Notes: generated by a model from the letters alone, not told the origin. Counted from the first letter of the stretch, positions 16,305-25,681 are shown. The stretch is 25,856 bases of DNA from Oscillospiraceae bacterium (GCA_028708585.1 JAQVYO010000002.1:1-25856); one strand, 5' to 3'. Made by a program: numbers and translations.

Positions 16305-17633
16305 ATGGAAAGCCTTGACCGAAGGATTATGGAAGGAAAAGAATGCTTGTCCCTGATAGGCCTCGGCTATGTGGGGCTGCCAATCGCCGCCGCGTTTGCC
16401 AAGAAAGGCGTTCATGTGATTGGCTTTGACCTCAATAAGGAGAAGATCCGGCTGTACCAATCCGGGGTGGATCCCACATTTGAAGTGGGGGATCAGGCGG
16501 TTCGCGATTCATCTGTCGTATTTACCAGCGACGAAGCCCGCCTGCGGGACGCAAAATTTCATATTGTGGCGGTGCCGACCCCCGTAAACGACGATCACAC
16601 CCCGGACCTTGCGCCGGTAAAAGGCGCGAGCCGCATTTTAGGGCGCAATCTGGAGAAAGGATCCGTGGTGGTGTTTGAATCAACGGTGTATCCCGGCGTA
16701 ACGGAAGACATTTGCGTTCCCATTCTGGAGCGGGAATCCGGGCTGAAATGCGGGACGGATTTTAAGGTGGGATATTCGCCGGAACGGATCAATCCCGGCG
16801 ACAAGGTGCACCGCTTGGAGACCATTGTAAAAATCGTCTCCGGTATGGATGAGGAGACTTTGGATATCGTTGCCCATGTGTATGAGATCGTTGTGGGCGC
16901 GGGCGTTCACCGAGCGGAGTCGATTCAAGTGGCTGAGGCCGCAAAGGTGATTGAGAACAGCCAGAGGGACATCAATATTGCGTTTATGAATGAATTATCT
17001 ATTATCTTTAGCAAGATGGGCATTGATACGCTTTCCGTTTTAAAAGCCGCCGGGACCAAATGGAACTTCTTAAATTTTCGTCCGGGGCTTGTGGGCGGCC
17101 ACTGCATTGGCGTGGACCCTTATTATCTTACATATAAGGCGGAGGAGCTGGGGTATCACAGTCAGATTATCCTGGCCGGGCGCCGCATTAACGACGATAT
17201 GGGCAAATATGTTGCGGAGCACTGTGTCAAAAATTTAATAGCGGCCAACCGGCATGTTCATGATGCAAAGGTTGCGATCCTTGGGTTTACGTTTAAGGAA
17301 AACTGCCCGGATACGCGCAACACCAAGATTATTGACATATACCTGGAGCTAAAGGAATATGGCATTACCGCATTGATTGCGGACCCGGTTGCCGATATCA
17401 TGGAAGCAAAGCGCCTGTACGGCGTTTCGTTTGCAGAACTGTCCTCCATCCGGGATATGGACGCGGTGATCCTTGCTGTAGCGCACGATGCGTTTGCCGG
17501 CCTGACAATGGCGGATATCGGCCGGCTGTTTCAAGCGGATATGCCCAATGGGGCAAAAGTGCTCATGGATATTAAAGGCATAATGGACCGGGGGAAATAT
17601 GAGGCTGCCGGTTATCGGTACTGGAGGCTGTGA
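16305..17633 (+). CDS. UDP-N-acetylhexosamine 6-dehydrogenase (WbpO/TviB/CapL-like)
   Basis: GLGYVG, VFESTVYPG, SPERINPG, KVIENSQRDINIAFMNE, GGHCIGVDP (catalytic Cys). ATG 16305 lies 8 nt after AGAGGA. Confidence 0.92.
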   Translation: MESLDRRIMEGKECLSLIGLGYVGLPIAAAFAKKGVHVIGFDLNKEKIRLYQSGVDPTFEVGDQAVRDSSVVFTSDEARLRDAKFHIVAVPTPVNDDHTPDLAPVKGASRILGRNLEKGSVVVFESTVYPGVTEDICVPILERESGLKCGTDFKVGYSPERINPGDKVHRLETIVKIVSGMDEETLDIVAHVYEIVVGAGVHRAESIQVAEAAKVIENSQRDINIAFMNELSIIFSKMGIDTLSVLKAAGTKWNFLNFRPGLVGGHCIGVDPYYLTYKAEELGYHSQIILAGRRINDDMGKYVAEHCVKNLIAANRHVHDAKVAILGFTFKENCPDTRNTKIIDIYLELKEYGITALIADPVADIMEAKRLYGVSFAELSSIRDMDAVILAVAHDAFAGLTMADIGRLFQADMPNGAKVLMDIKGIMDRGKYEAAGYRYWRL

Positions 17634-17677
17634 CAGCGTTCCGGATTCACGGTGCGAAACAATAAGGGGAAGGCAGT

Positions 17678-18652
17678 ATGGGATATCAGAATTTGAACTT
17701 TCCGAAAGAAAGTTTGTTTTTGGTCACAGGGGGCGCCGGGTTTATCGGCTCGAACCTCTGTGAAGCGATTTTAAAAATGGGGTATCAGGTCCGGTGTTTG
17801 GACGATCTTTCCACCGGTTTTCAAAAGAATGCCGATTTGTTTTCAGACAATCCGAAGTATACCTTTTTCAAAGGGGATATCAAGGATTTTGAGACTTGCA
17901 TGCAGGCGGCAAAAGGCGTTGATTTTGTGTTGCATCAGGCGGCCTGGGGCAGCGTCCCCCGGTCTCTCGAACAGCCGTTATTTTACTGCGCGAACAATAT
18001 TCAGGGGACGCTGAATATGCTGGAAGCTTCCAGGCGCAATGGCGTAAAGAAATTTGTATACGCTTCTTCCAGCTCGGTATATGGCGATGAGCCGCATCTT
18101 CCCAAAACGGAAGGGAGGGAAGGCGCGCTTTTGTCCCCTTATGCACTGACCAAGCGCTGCGACGAGGAATGGGCCAAACAGTATGCCATGCACTATGGGC
18201 TTGATACATATGGGCTGCGCTATTTTAATGTTTTTGGCCGCCGCCAGGACCCGGAGGGGGCCTATGCGGCGGTAATTCCGAAATTTATCCGGCTGCTGAT
18301 GAAAGATCAGGTTCCCACCATCAACGGGGATGGGCGGCAAAGCCGGGACTTTACTTATATTGAAAACGTCATCGAGGCGAATTTGAAGGCGTGCCTTGCG
18401 CCTCGCGAAGCCGCGGGGGAAGCGTTCAACATCGCCTACGGAGGCCGGGAATATTTAATCGACATTTATCATGATTTGACCGAGGCGCTGGGAAAGCGGA
18501 TCGAGCCGCATTACGGGCCGGACCGCAAAGGAGACATCAAACACAGCAACGCAGACATCGGAAAGGCCCGGCGGCTTTTGGACTATAACCCGGAGTATGA
18601 TTTTAAAAGCGGGCTGAAAGAAGCAATTGAATGGTATAAAAGCAATCTATAA
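17678..18652 (+). CDS. UDP-GlcNAc(A) 4-epimerase, extended SDR (WbpP/TviC-like)
   Basis: TGGAGFIGSNL, HQAAWGSVPRS, YASSSSVYGD, YALTK, RYFNVFGRRQDP.GAYAAVIPKF, GDIKHSNA. Confidence 0.9.
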   Translation: MGYQNLNFPKESLFLVTGGAGFIGSNLCEAILKMGYQVRCLDDLSTGFQKNADLFSDNPKYTFFKGDIKDFETCMQAAKGVDFVLHQAAWGSVPRSLEQPLFYCANNIQGTLNMLEASRRNGVKKFVYASSSSVYGDEPHLPKTEGREGALLSPYALTKRCDEEWAKQYAMHYGLDTYGLRYFNVFGRRQDPEGAYAAVIPKFIRLLMKDQVPTINGDGRQSRDFTYIENVIEANLKACLAPREAAGEAFNIAYGGREYLIDIYHDLTEALGKRIEPHYGPDRKGDIKHSNADIGKARRLLDYNPEYDFKSGLKEAIEWYKSNL

Positions 18653-18677
18653 TGTTGGTGCAGTAAGAGGGAATGAA

Positions 18678-19883
18678 ATGAAAACAATACCATTTTCCCC
18701 CCCGGATATCACGGAGCTGGAAATCAACGAAGTGGTAGAAGCGTTAAAATCCGGATGGATTACCACGGGGAAGCGCACGAAGCAATTTGAAGAAAAACTT
18801 GCCGCATATATTGGAACCGACAGGGTGGCCTGCCTGAATTCGCAGACGGCCGCGATGGAACTGACGCTGCGCATTTTGGGAATCGGCCCCGGCGACGAAG
18901 TAATCGTCCCTGCTTATACTTATACGGCTTCCGCCTCCGTCATTCATCATGTGGGCGCGAAGATCGTGATGGTTGATGTTTTTCCCGGCACTTTCGAGCT
19001 GGATTACGATGCGCTGGAAAGCGCGATAACCGAACGAACCAAGGCGGTGATTCCAGTGGACCTTGGCGGCCGCATGTGCCGGTATGACCGTATTTTTGCC
19101 GCTGTGGAAAATCGAAAAAAGTTGTTTCAGGCGAACAATGCTTTGCAGAAGCTTTATGGCCGGGTGATCGTCTGTGCGGATTCCGCCCACGGGTTCGGCG
19201 CGGTGAGAAAAGGGCAAAGAAGCGGCCAATGCGCCGATTTTACAACCTATTCGTTTCATGCCGTAAAAAATTTGACCACCGGCGAGGGCGGCGCGGTAAC
19301 TTTTCGGGAGAGGCCCGGCCTGGACGGCGACTGGCTTTACGGCCGGTATATGCTGTATTCGCTCCATGGCCAGAGCAAGGACGCATTCCACAAAAACCAG
19401 CCGGGAAGCTTGGAATATGACATTCTCTGCCCCGCTTATAAATGCAATATGACGGATGTGGCGGCCGGCATCGGGCTAAAACAGCTGGAGCGGTATCCCG
19501 CGCTTCTCGACCGCCGCAGAGAGATCATTTTGCGGTATAATGAGGCGCTTTTGCCTTTGGGGGTGAAGCCCCTGGTGCATTTTGACCAGGACAGTACGTC
19601 CAGCGGGCACCTTTATCTTGCCCGCATTCCGCACTGCTCCGCCGAGCGGCGTAACGCCATCATTGCGCAAATGGCCAAAGCCGGCGTTGCGTGCAACGTG
19701 CACTATAAGCCGCTGCCCCTGATGACGGCATATCAAAACTTGGGGTTTGACATGCGGGACTATCCAAACGCCTATCGCCAGTATGAAAACGAGATCACCC
19801 TGCCGCTGCACACGCGCTTGTCGGATGCGGATGTGGACTATGTGATCGAACGGTTTACTGCTCTGCTGAAACAATACACATGA
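18678..19883 (+). CDS. DegT/DnrJ/EryC1/StrS sugar aminotransferase, AatB/WcfR-like
   Basis: IPFSPPDITE...SGWITTG, DSAH, SFHAVKN (PLP lysine), SLHGQSKDA, AYKCNMTD, NVHYKPLPL, ENEITLPLH. Start ATG 18678 after AGAGGG. Confidence 0.92.
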   Translation: MKTIPFSPPDITELEINEVVEALKSGWITTGKRTKQFEEKLAAYIGTDRVACLNSQTAAMELTLRILGIGPGDEVIVPAYTYTASASVIHHVGAKIVMVDVFPGTFELDYDALESAITERTKAVIPVDLGGRMCRYDRIFAAVENRKKLFQANNALQKLYGRVIVCADSAHGFGAVRKGQRSGQCADFTTYSFHAVKNLTTGEGGAVTFRERPGLDGDWLYGRYMLYSLHGQSKDAFHKNQPGSLEYDILCPAYKCNMTDVAAGIGLKQLERYPALLDRRREIILRYNEALLPLGVKPLVHFDQDSTSSGHLYLARIPHCSAERRNAIIAQMAKAGVACNVHYKPLPLMTAYQNLGFDMRDYPNAYRQYENEITLPLHTRLSDADVDYVIERFTALLKQYT

Positions 19884-19903
19884 TTGGGCAGAATTGATTC
19901 AGG

Positions 19904-20662
19904 ATGGAAGTGGTTCATATGGAGACATGCAAACGCATGGATTCTTCAATATCCGGCAGTGCCATCATACATGCGGATTCCAGATTGGAACGTTCGTCGG
20001 TCGGGGATGAATCCGTTGTTTATCGAGGGGCCTGGCTCAGGGATTCCGTACTTAGAAATCATTGCTTTGCCTCTGATTTTAGCAAGCTGGACCATTGTTC
20101 GCTGGACGATTATTCCAGGGCGGGCAGGTTCAATCATTTCTACCATGCAAGCCTTGGAAGACATACCTATACAGGTCAGAACACAGTTGTCATGCATTGC
20201 GATATTGCCAGCTTTACTTCGATATCATGGAACGTAACAATCGGAGCGGGCGAACACAATTATCACTATTTATCCTCGCATACGTTTCTGTATAACCCTT
20301 ATGATGAGTTATATGACGGAGAGCCTGCTTATGACAGATTCAGCGAACCTGTAACGATCGGCAATGATGTCTGGATTGGAGCCGGCGCCTGCGTGCTTCG
20401 GGGAGCAAGCATAGGAAACGGCGCCGTGATCGGGGCCAATACCGTGGTGACGCAGAATGTTCCGCCGTATGCCATCGTCGTAGGGAATCCCGGACGGATT
20501 ATACGGTATCGTTTTTCAACGGATGTGATTGAAAAGCTACAAGAACTGGAATGGTGGAATCTGCGGGACGCAACACTGCAAAAAGCATATTCCATATTGA
20601 AAAACAAGTTGCCGGATTCAGGAAATATTGACGAAATAGTAGAGCAGATTATGAGGGAATAA
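19904..20662 (+). CDS. Left-handed beta-helix (hexapeptide) acyltransferase, CatB/XAT-like C-terminus
   Basis: VTIGNDVWIGAGACVLRGASIGNGAVIGANTVVTQNVPPYAIVVGNPGRIIRYRF...WWN. Start could instead be 19919. Confidence 0.85.
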   Translation: MEVVHMETCKRMDSSISGSAIIHADSRLERSSVGDESVVYRGAWLRDSVLRNHCFASDFSKLDHCSLDDYSRAGRFNHFYHASLGRHTYTGQNTVVMHCDIASFTSISWNVTIGAGEHNYHYLSSHTFLYNPYDELYDGEPAYDRFSEPVTIGNDVWIGAGACVLRGASIGNGAVIGANTVVTQNVPPYAIVVGNPGRIIRYRFSTDVIEKLQELEWWNLRDATLQKAYSILKNKLPDSGNIDEIVEQIMRE

Positions 20663-20667
20663 GTTTC

Positions 20668-21771
20668 ATGGAAAAGGTTCTTATTTTAGGCGTCGCCGCC
20701 GTTCAGCTTGACGCGATCGTAATGCTGAAGAAGCTTGGTTATGAAGTGCATGCCTGCGCCATGGCAAAAGACGGTCCCGGGGCAGACGCGGCGGACTGTT
20801 TTCATCTGATTAATATTGTGGATGAAGCCGCGTTGGAGGAATGCGTCGTAAAGAATAAAATCCGCGCGGTGTATTCGGTAGGGTCGGACATTGCCGTGCC
20901 GATTGCGTGCAGGCTCAGTGAAAAATTAAATTTGCCTGCGTTTGTATCGTCCAAAACAGCCTATATCTGCAATCATAAAAATAAAATGAGACAAGCTCTT
21001 GGGATAAATTGTTCCGGCAATATCCCGTTTCAAGTTATGGAGCGCTGCGGCCCTGTCAAGATCGAGTTTCCCTGCATCATGAAACCATCGGATTCACAGG
21101 GGCAGCGCGGAATATTTTTGGTGCGTTCCCAGGCTGATGTCGACAGGTATTTTGATGCGGCGCTGCAATATTCAAGGGAGCGCAGGGTAATCATTGAGCA
21201 TTATGTGGAAGGCCCCGAATTGTCTGTAAATGGCTATATGGTTGATGGAAACTTGCGGTATATGGCAATATCCGATCGCGACACATGGCCCGCGTATACA
21301 GGCTTGATTCGCCGCCATATCGTACCGTCCGTCAATGCCGGCGAACGGCAGGCCGCATTGATTTACGATGTGTTTTTCAATGCCTGCCGACTTCTTGGGA
21401 TCAATAACGGACCCGCGTATTTTCAGATCAAACTGGAAAACGGCGTTCCTTTTATCATTGAAATGACACCCAGATTAGACGGATGCCATATGTGGAGCGT
21501 ACTTGAAAAAAGCACGGGTGTGAATTTATTGAGACTCACTTTCTTGCATTTACTTCGCGGCGATATCCAGGAGCTGGATCATGTCTTTTCCAATCAAATT
21601 CCGTATGAGTTGACATTTTTGTGCCAAAAACCAAATACGGCGTTTGACGGCGGGGCCTTTGAAATACCGGGCGATTCTGAATACAGTTTCTATTATTATC
21701 AAAACGGAGACCGGATAAGACCGGTGAACGGGCGTTTTGAAAAGGTTGGATATTATACGAGGAGGTCGTAA
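20668..21771 (+). CDS. ATP-grasp domain protein (carboxylate-amine ligase-like)
   Basis: N-terminal VLILG, NHKNKMR, IMKPSDSQGQRGI, IIEHYVEGPELSV, IIEMTPRLDG (E-x-N/T-x-R-like motif). Confidence 0.85.
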   Translation: MEKVLILGVAAVQLDAIVMLKKLGYEVHACAMAKDGPGADAADCFHLINIVDEAALEECVVKNKIRAVYSVGSDIAVPIACRLSEKLNLPAFVSSKTAYICNHKNKMRQALGINCSGNIPFQVMERCGPVKIEFPCIMKPSDSQGQRGIFLVRSQADVDRYFDAALQYSRERRVIIEHYVEGPELSVNGYMVDGNLRYMAISDRDTWPAYTGLIRRHIVPSVNAGERQAALIYDVFFNACRLLGINNGPAYFQIKLENGVPFIIEMTPRLDGCHMWSVLEKSTGVNLLRLTFLHLLRGDIQELDHVFSNQIPYELTFLCQKPNTAFDGGAFEIPGDSEYSFYYYQNGDRIRPVNGRFEKVGYYTRRS

Positions 21772-21772
21772 A

Positions 21773-22642
21773 ATGAAAGTAGCCGTTACCGGGGCAAGCG
21801 GATATATTGGAGCGGCTTTGTGCAGGCGTTTGGAATCTTATGGAGTGTTTGACACGGTCAAACTATCAACGCACAATCAACAGAATGGCATCTCGTATTT
21901 TCAGACGGATTACAGTGTGGAAAGCTTAACCGAGGCGCTTTCAGGAGCATCTGTGGTCATCCATTTAGCGGCGGTAAGGCTGGGGACGCGATTGTCGGAT
22001 TTTCTGGATAATGAACGCATTACTGAAAATTTGCTGATTGCTATGGCAAAAGCGGATGTGAAGCGGATCTTATATGTGTCGTCCATTTCCGTATATTCCG
22101 ATGAAAGCAGCTTGCCCTGGTCGGAATTGCAGCCGCCAAGCCCCGGGACAGCTTATGGAATTACAAAACTCTCGGGCGAATATCTATGCCGTATCTATGG
22201 TTTCAAGCATTCGATTCGCAGTACGGTGTTCCGCCTGGCGCATGTTTATGGCCCGTTCGATGAAAATAAAAGAATCACAGCCGTCTTTACAAAACAAGCG
22301 ATGAACGGCGAAGCGCTTCATGTTTATGGAAAGAGCCTTGCAAAGCGGGAATTTATTTATTTACAAGATGTGATCGACGCCTTGATATGGGGAATTAATA
22401 ACGATACCGAACCGTATGGCGTCTATAATTTGGGTACGGGAATTGGGCTTACGAATTATGAGGTCGCTTCCATTGTGAATCGGGCGTTTTCAAACCGTGC
22501 TCCCATTATCTATCATGAGGATATAGATGAAAAAATTTCTTCCTCCTATATGGATGAAACAAAACTGAAAGGAAAAGGCTTTTACGCCCAATATGATATG
22601 GAAAAGGCGTTCTGTGAGATAGCCCGTATCATGAATCGCTGA
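21773..22642 (+). CDS. NAD-dependent epimerase/dehydratase/reductase (extended SDR)
   Basis: VTGASGYIG, HLAA, SSISVYS, YGITK, FRLAHVYGP. Start ATG 21773 after GGAGGT. Confidence 0.88.
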   Translation: MKVAVTGASGYIGAALCRRLESYGVFDTVKLSTHNQQNGISYFQTDYSVESLTEALSGASVVIHLAAVRLGTRLSDFLDNERITENLLIAMAKADVKRILYVSSISVYSDESSLPWSELQPPSPGTAYGITKLSGEYLCRIYGFKHSIRSTVFRLAHVYGPFDENKRITAVFTKQAMNGEALHVYGKSLAKREFIYLQDVIDALIWGINNDTEPYGVYNLGTGIGLTNYEVASIVNRAFSNRAPIIYHEDIDEKISSSYMDETKLKGKGFYAQYDMEKAFCEIARIMNR

Positions 22643-22673
22643 CTGCCGCATCTTGAAATGAAAGTGGTGTTGC

Positions 22674-23315
22674 ATGCATATGTATCAATTCTTTAAGCGT
22701 GTGCTGGATTTGCTGCTGGCGATAGCGGCATTTCCCTTTGCGCTAATCCTGTCGGTTCCTGTTATTATCGCTGTAAAAGCGGAAGATGGGGGTAAAATTT
22801 TTTATTGCGGCGAGCGTCTCGGATATCAAATGAAGATGTTCAGGATGTATAAGTTTCGATCCATGAAGGAAAACGCACCGGATTTTAGAAACAGAGATGG
22901 CAGTACATATAATTCGGAGAAAGACCCCAGGGTTACAAGGATTGGATCTCTGTTAAGAAGAACGAGCATGGACGAGCTTCCGCAGATTCTAAACGTGATA
23001 TTGGGGCAGATGAGCTGGGTCGGGCCAAGGCCCAGTCCATTAGGCAACATAGAACGGTATGATGCGGAATACAGGCGCAAATTCAGCGTAAGGCCGGGGA
23101 TTACGGGATATAACCAGGTGTATTACCGCAATGCGATAAGCGTTGACGAAAAACAAAAAAATGATCTGTATTATGTGGAGCATTTCTCCTTTTGGCTGGA
23201 TTTCAAAATCATCATGCAAACAATTGCCTCTGTTTTTCGCAGAAAGAACCTCTATACCAACAACGCAGTACCGGATCAGGAAGTTCATGTTTTGACATAC
23301 GAAAGAAAAGACTGA
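22674..23315 (+). CDS. Priming phosphoglycosyl transferase (monotopic, PglC/Bac_transf family)
   Basis: FKRVLD, single hydrophobic helix, MYKFRSM, DPRVT, LRRTSMDELPQ, GPRP, RPGITG. Start may be 22680. Confidence 0.92.
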   Translation: MHMYQFFKRVLDLLLAIAAFPFALILSVPVIIAVKAEDGGKIFYCGERLGYQMKMFRMYKFRSMKENAPDFRNRDGSTYNSEKDPRVTRIGSLLRRTSMDELPQILNVILGQMSWVGPRPSPLGNIERYDAEYRRKFSVRPGITGYNQVYYRNAISVDEKQKNDLYYVEHFSFWLDFKIIMQTIASVFRRKNLYTNNAVPDQEVHVLTYERKD

Positions 23316-23350
23316 GGGATTGTATTGAAGATCTATTAATTAGGAGCCTT

Positions 23351-25666
23351 ATGAACTATTTATTTATCGCAAATAGCAGCAAACCATCCAATGCCGCGTC
23401 GGAATCCGCGGAACCATACAGCCTTTCCAATTTTTCCAAGCCATGCATTGAAAGCGCACTGTCTCTTGGATTCGATGTGTATATGGGAATCAATAGGAAA
23501 CACCCGGAAGAAATTTCTTGTGATTATCCTATCCAATTTTATAACATGGAGATCTATCGGAATCCTTTTCAGATCAGAGAAGTCGTTCGTGCATGCAAAA
23601 ACGCAATGCGCCTTTTAAAACGGGAAAAATTTGAGGCAATCCATTGCAATACGCCGATAGGAGGCTTTATCGGCAGAGTTTGCGGGCGCAAAGCCGGTGT
23701 TCCCAAGGTAATTTACACGGCGCACGGTTTTCATTTTTACAAAGGAGCGCCTCTTCTCAACTGGATCGTTTATTATCCCCTGGAAAGGTGGCTGGCACAT
23801 GATACGGATGCACTCATCACAATCAATAAAGAGGATTATGAGCGGGCAAAGACCTTCCGCCTGCGCGGCGGCGGAAACGTCTATTATGTGCCGGGTGTTG
23901 GGATCGACCCGCGCGGCATTGTTCCCCGGCAGACAGACCGCATAAAAACAAGAGCCGCTCTGGGCTTGTCTGACGCCGATGTCATCTGTATCGCCATGGG
24001 GGACCTCACAAAAAACAAAAATTACGCCGCGTCGATTCAAGCGGTCGCAAAATGCGGCATGTCTTCCGTCCACCTGCTGATCTGCGGCAGAGGCCCGGAA
24101 GAAACACGTTTAAAGAACCTGACAAGCCAGCTCCATGCAGCGGACCGCGTGCATTTTCTTGGATTCCGGACAGATATTCCGGAGCTGCTTGGGGCGGCGG
24201 ATATTTTTGTATTTTCTTCGTTCCGGGAGGGGCTTTCCCGGTCGCTGATGGAAGCGATGGCACAGGGGCTTCCCTGTGTGGTAAGCAGCATCCGAGGCAA
24301 TACGGATTTAATTGAGGATGAGGTGAACGGATTTTTATGCGGGCCGAAGGATGCGGATGCCTTTGCCCGCGCGATTGACCGGCTGGCGGACGACCGTCCG
24401 CTGCGGCAGGAGATGGGAGCTGTTAATTTAGAGCGTATCCAAGAATACAGCATCCAGCGGGTGACTCAGATGATGCAGTCCATCTACAAAAAAACCTTTA
24501 TGCCGGAATTTGAGAAGAAGAAAGCGGCGGGCAAACGGGTGGTGCTGCTCCGTTCCAATCCGGTATCTCCCGATCCGCCCGTGGAGAAAGCGGCGGGCGC
24601 CCTGGCCGCGCTGGGGTATTCGGTTGTCATCGTCGCATGGGACCGGGAACAAGCCTATGATTTTAAAACAGAAACGATTCCCCTAAAGGAAGGAAACGTA
24701 GAAATTATTCGGTTTGGTATTCCCGCTGTGTATGGCGGCGGACTGAAGAAGAATTTATTTCCGCTTCTTTCGTTTCAGAAACGGTTGGGCAAATGGCTGA
24801 AACGCCATAAAAACCAATATGATATCATCCATGCATTTGATTTTGATACCGGCTATACCGCTTGTAAGCTGGCAAAAAGGTTCCAAAAAAAGTTTGTGTA
24901 TCACATTTTGGATTTTTATATAGATTCTCATAATTTAAGAAATCGAATCGGTTCCGTCATAAAAAAAAGGGAATTTTCAGTTATCAATTCCGCGGACGGC
25001 GTTATAATTTGCACGGAAAAACGGGCGGAGCAGATTCAAGGCGCGCACCCCCGGAACCTTGCCGTGATCCACAATACGCCAAAACAAACAGCGTTTGGGG
25101 GGCCGAACGATCTGGTGATCCAGGGACGGGAAGGAACGTGTAAGATCGTGTATGTGGGGATCCTGGCCAATACCCGCTTTATTGAGGAAATCGCTGGTTT
25201 CGTTGGCAAGGACCATCGGTTTGAATTCCACATTGGCGGGTTCGGGAGCCTGGAGGCAAGGGTACGGGACCTTGCCGCAGCATATGGCAATGTCTTTTTT
25301 TATGGCAAACTGCCATATGCTCAGGCCCTCGCGCTGGAAAGCGCCTGCGATATGATGACGGCCATTTATGACCCATCCGTACCCAACCACAGATATGCGG
25401 CGCCCAATAAATTTTATGAATCGCTGATGCTGGGCAAACCGGTCCTTATGGCCCGCAACACGGGATTTGACGATGTGATCGAAAAAAATCAGATCGGGCG
25501 GCTGATCGACTATTCCCCCGAGGGCTTGGCCGATGGCATCCTGGGGCTATATGAAAGCAAAGAAGATTGGAAGGCAATGTCGGAGAGGGCAAAAGCGCTT
25601 TATCATGAGGCTTATTCCTGGAGCATTATGGAGCCGCGTATGAAGGAATTATATGAAAAAATCTAA
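23351..25666 (+). CDS. Fusion of two GT4 (GT-B) glycosyltransferases, 771 aa
   Basis: Domain 1: HCNTPIGG...YTAHGFHFYKGAP...SFREGLSRSLMEAMAQGLP. Domain 2: RSNPVSPD...HAFDFDT...PNKFYESLMLGKPV. Start ATG 23351 after AGGAG. Confidence 0.88.
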   Translation: MNYLFIANSSKPSNAASESAEPYSLSNFSKPCIESALSLGFDVYMGINRKHPEEISCDYPIQFYNMEIYRNPFQIREVVRACKNAMRLLKREKFEAIHCNTPIGGFIGRVCGRKAGVPKVIYTAHGFHFYKGAPLLNWIVYYPLERWLAHDTDALITINKEDYERAKTFRLRGGGNVYYVPGVGIDPRGIVPRQTDRIKTRAALGLSDADVICIAMGDLTKNKNYAASIQAVAKCGMSSVHLLICGRGPEETRLKNLTSQLHAADRVHFLGFRTDIPELLGAADIFVFSSFREGLSRSLMEAMAQGLPCVVSSIRGNTDLIEDEVNGFLCGPKDADAFARAIDRLADDRPLRQEMGAVNLERIQEYSIQRVTQMMQSIYKKTFMPEFEKKKAAGKRVVLLRSNPVSPDPPVEKAAGALAALGYSVVIVAWDREQAYDFKTETIPLKEGNVEIIRFGIPAVYGGGLKKNLFPLLSFQKRLGKWLKRHKNQYDIIHAFDFDTGYTACKLAKRFQKKFVYHILDFYIDSHNLRNRIGSVIKKREFSVINSADGVIICTEKRAEQIQGAHPRNLAVIHNTPKQTAFGGPNDLVIQGREGTCKIVYVGILANTRFIEEIAGFVGKDHRFEFHIGGFGSLEARVRDLAAAYGNVFFYGKLPYAQALALESACDMMTAIYDPSVPNHRYAAPNKFYESLMLGKPVLMARNTGFDDVIEKNQIGRLIDYSPEGLADGILGLYESKEDWKAMSERAKALYHEAYSWSIMEPRMKELYEKI

Positions 25667-25681
25667 GCGAGGAAAAGGTCT

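Noticed and set aside
19904-20662. catB/vat antibiotic-resistance gene call
   Set aside because: Embedded in a polysaccharide operon with no mobile context; only the generic LbH/XAT fold is shared.
24961-24968. A8 tract in GT domain 2 as a phase-variation site
   Set aside because: In frame and explained by Ile-Lys-Lys-Arg codons; too short to claim without read data.
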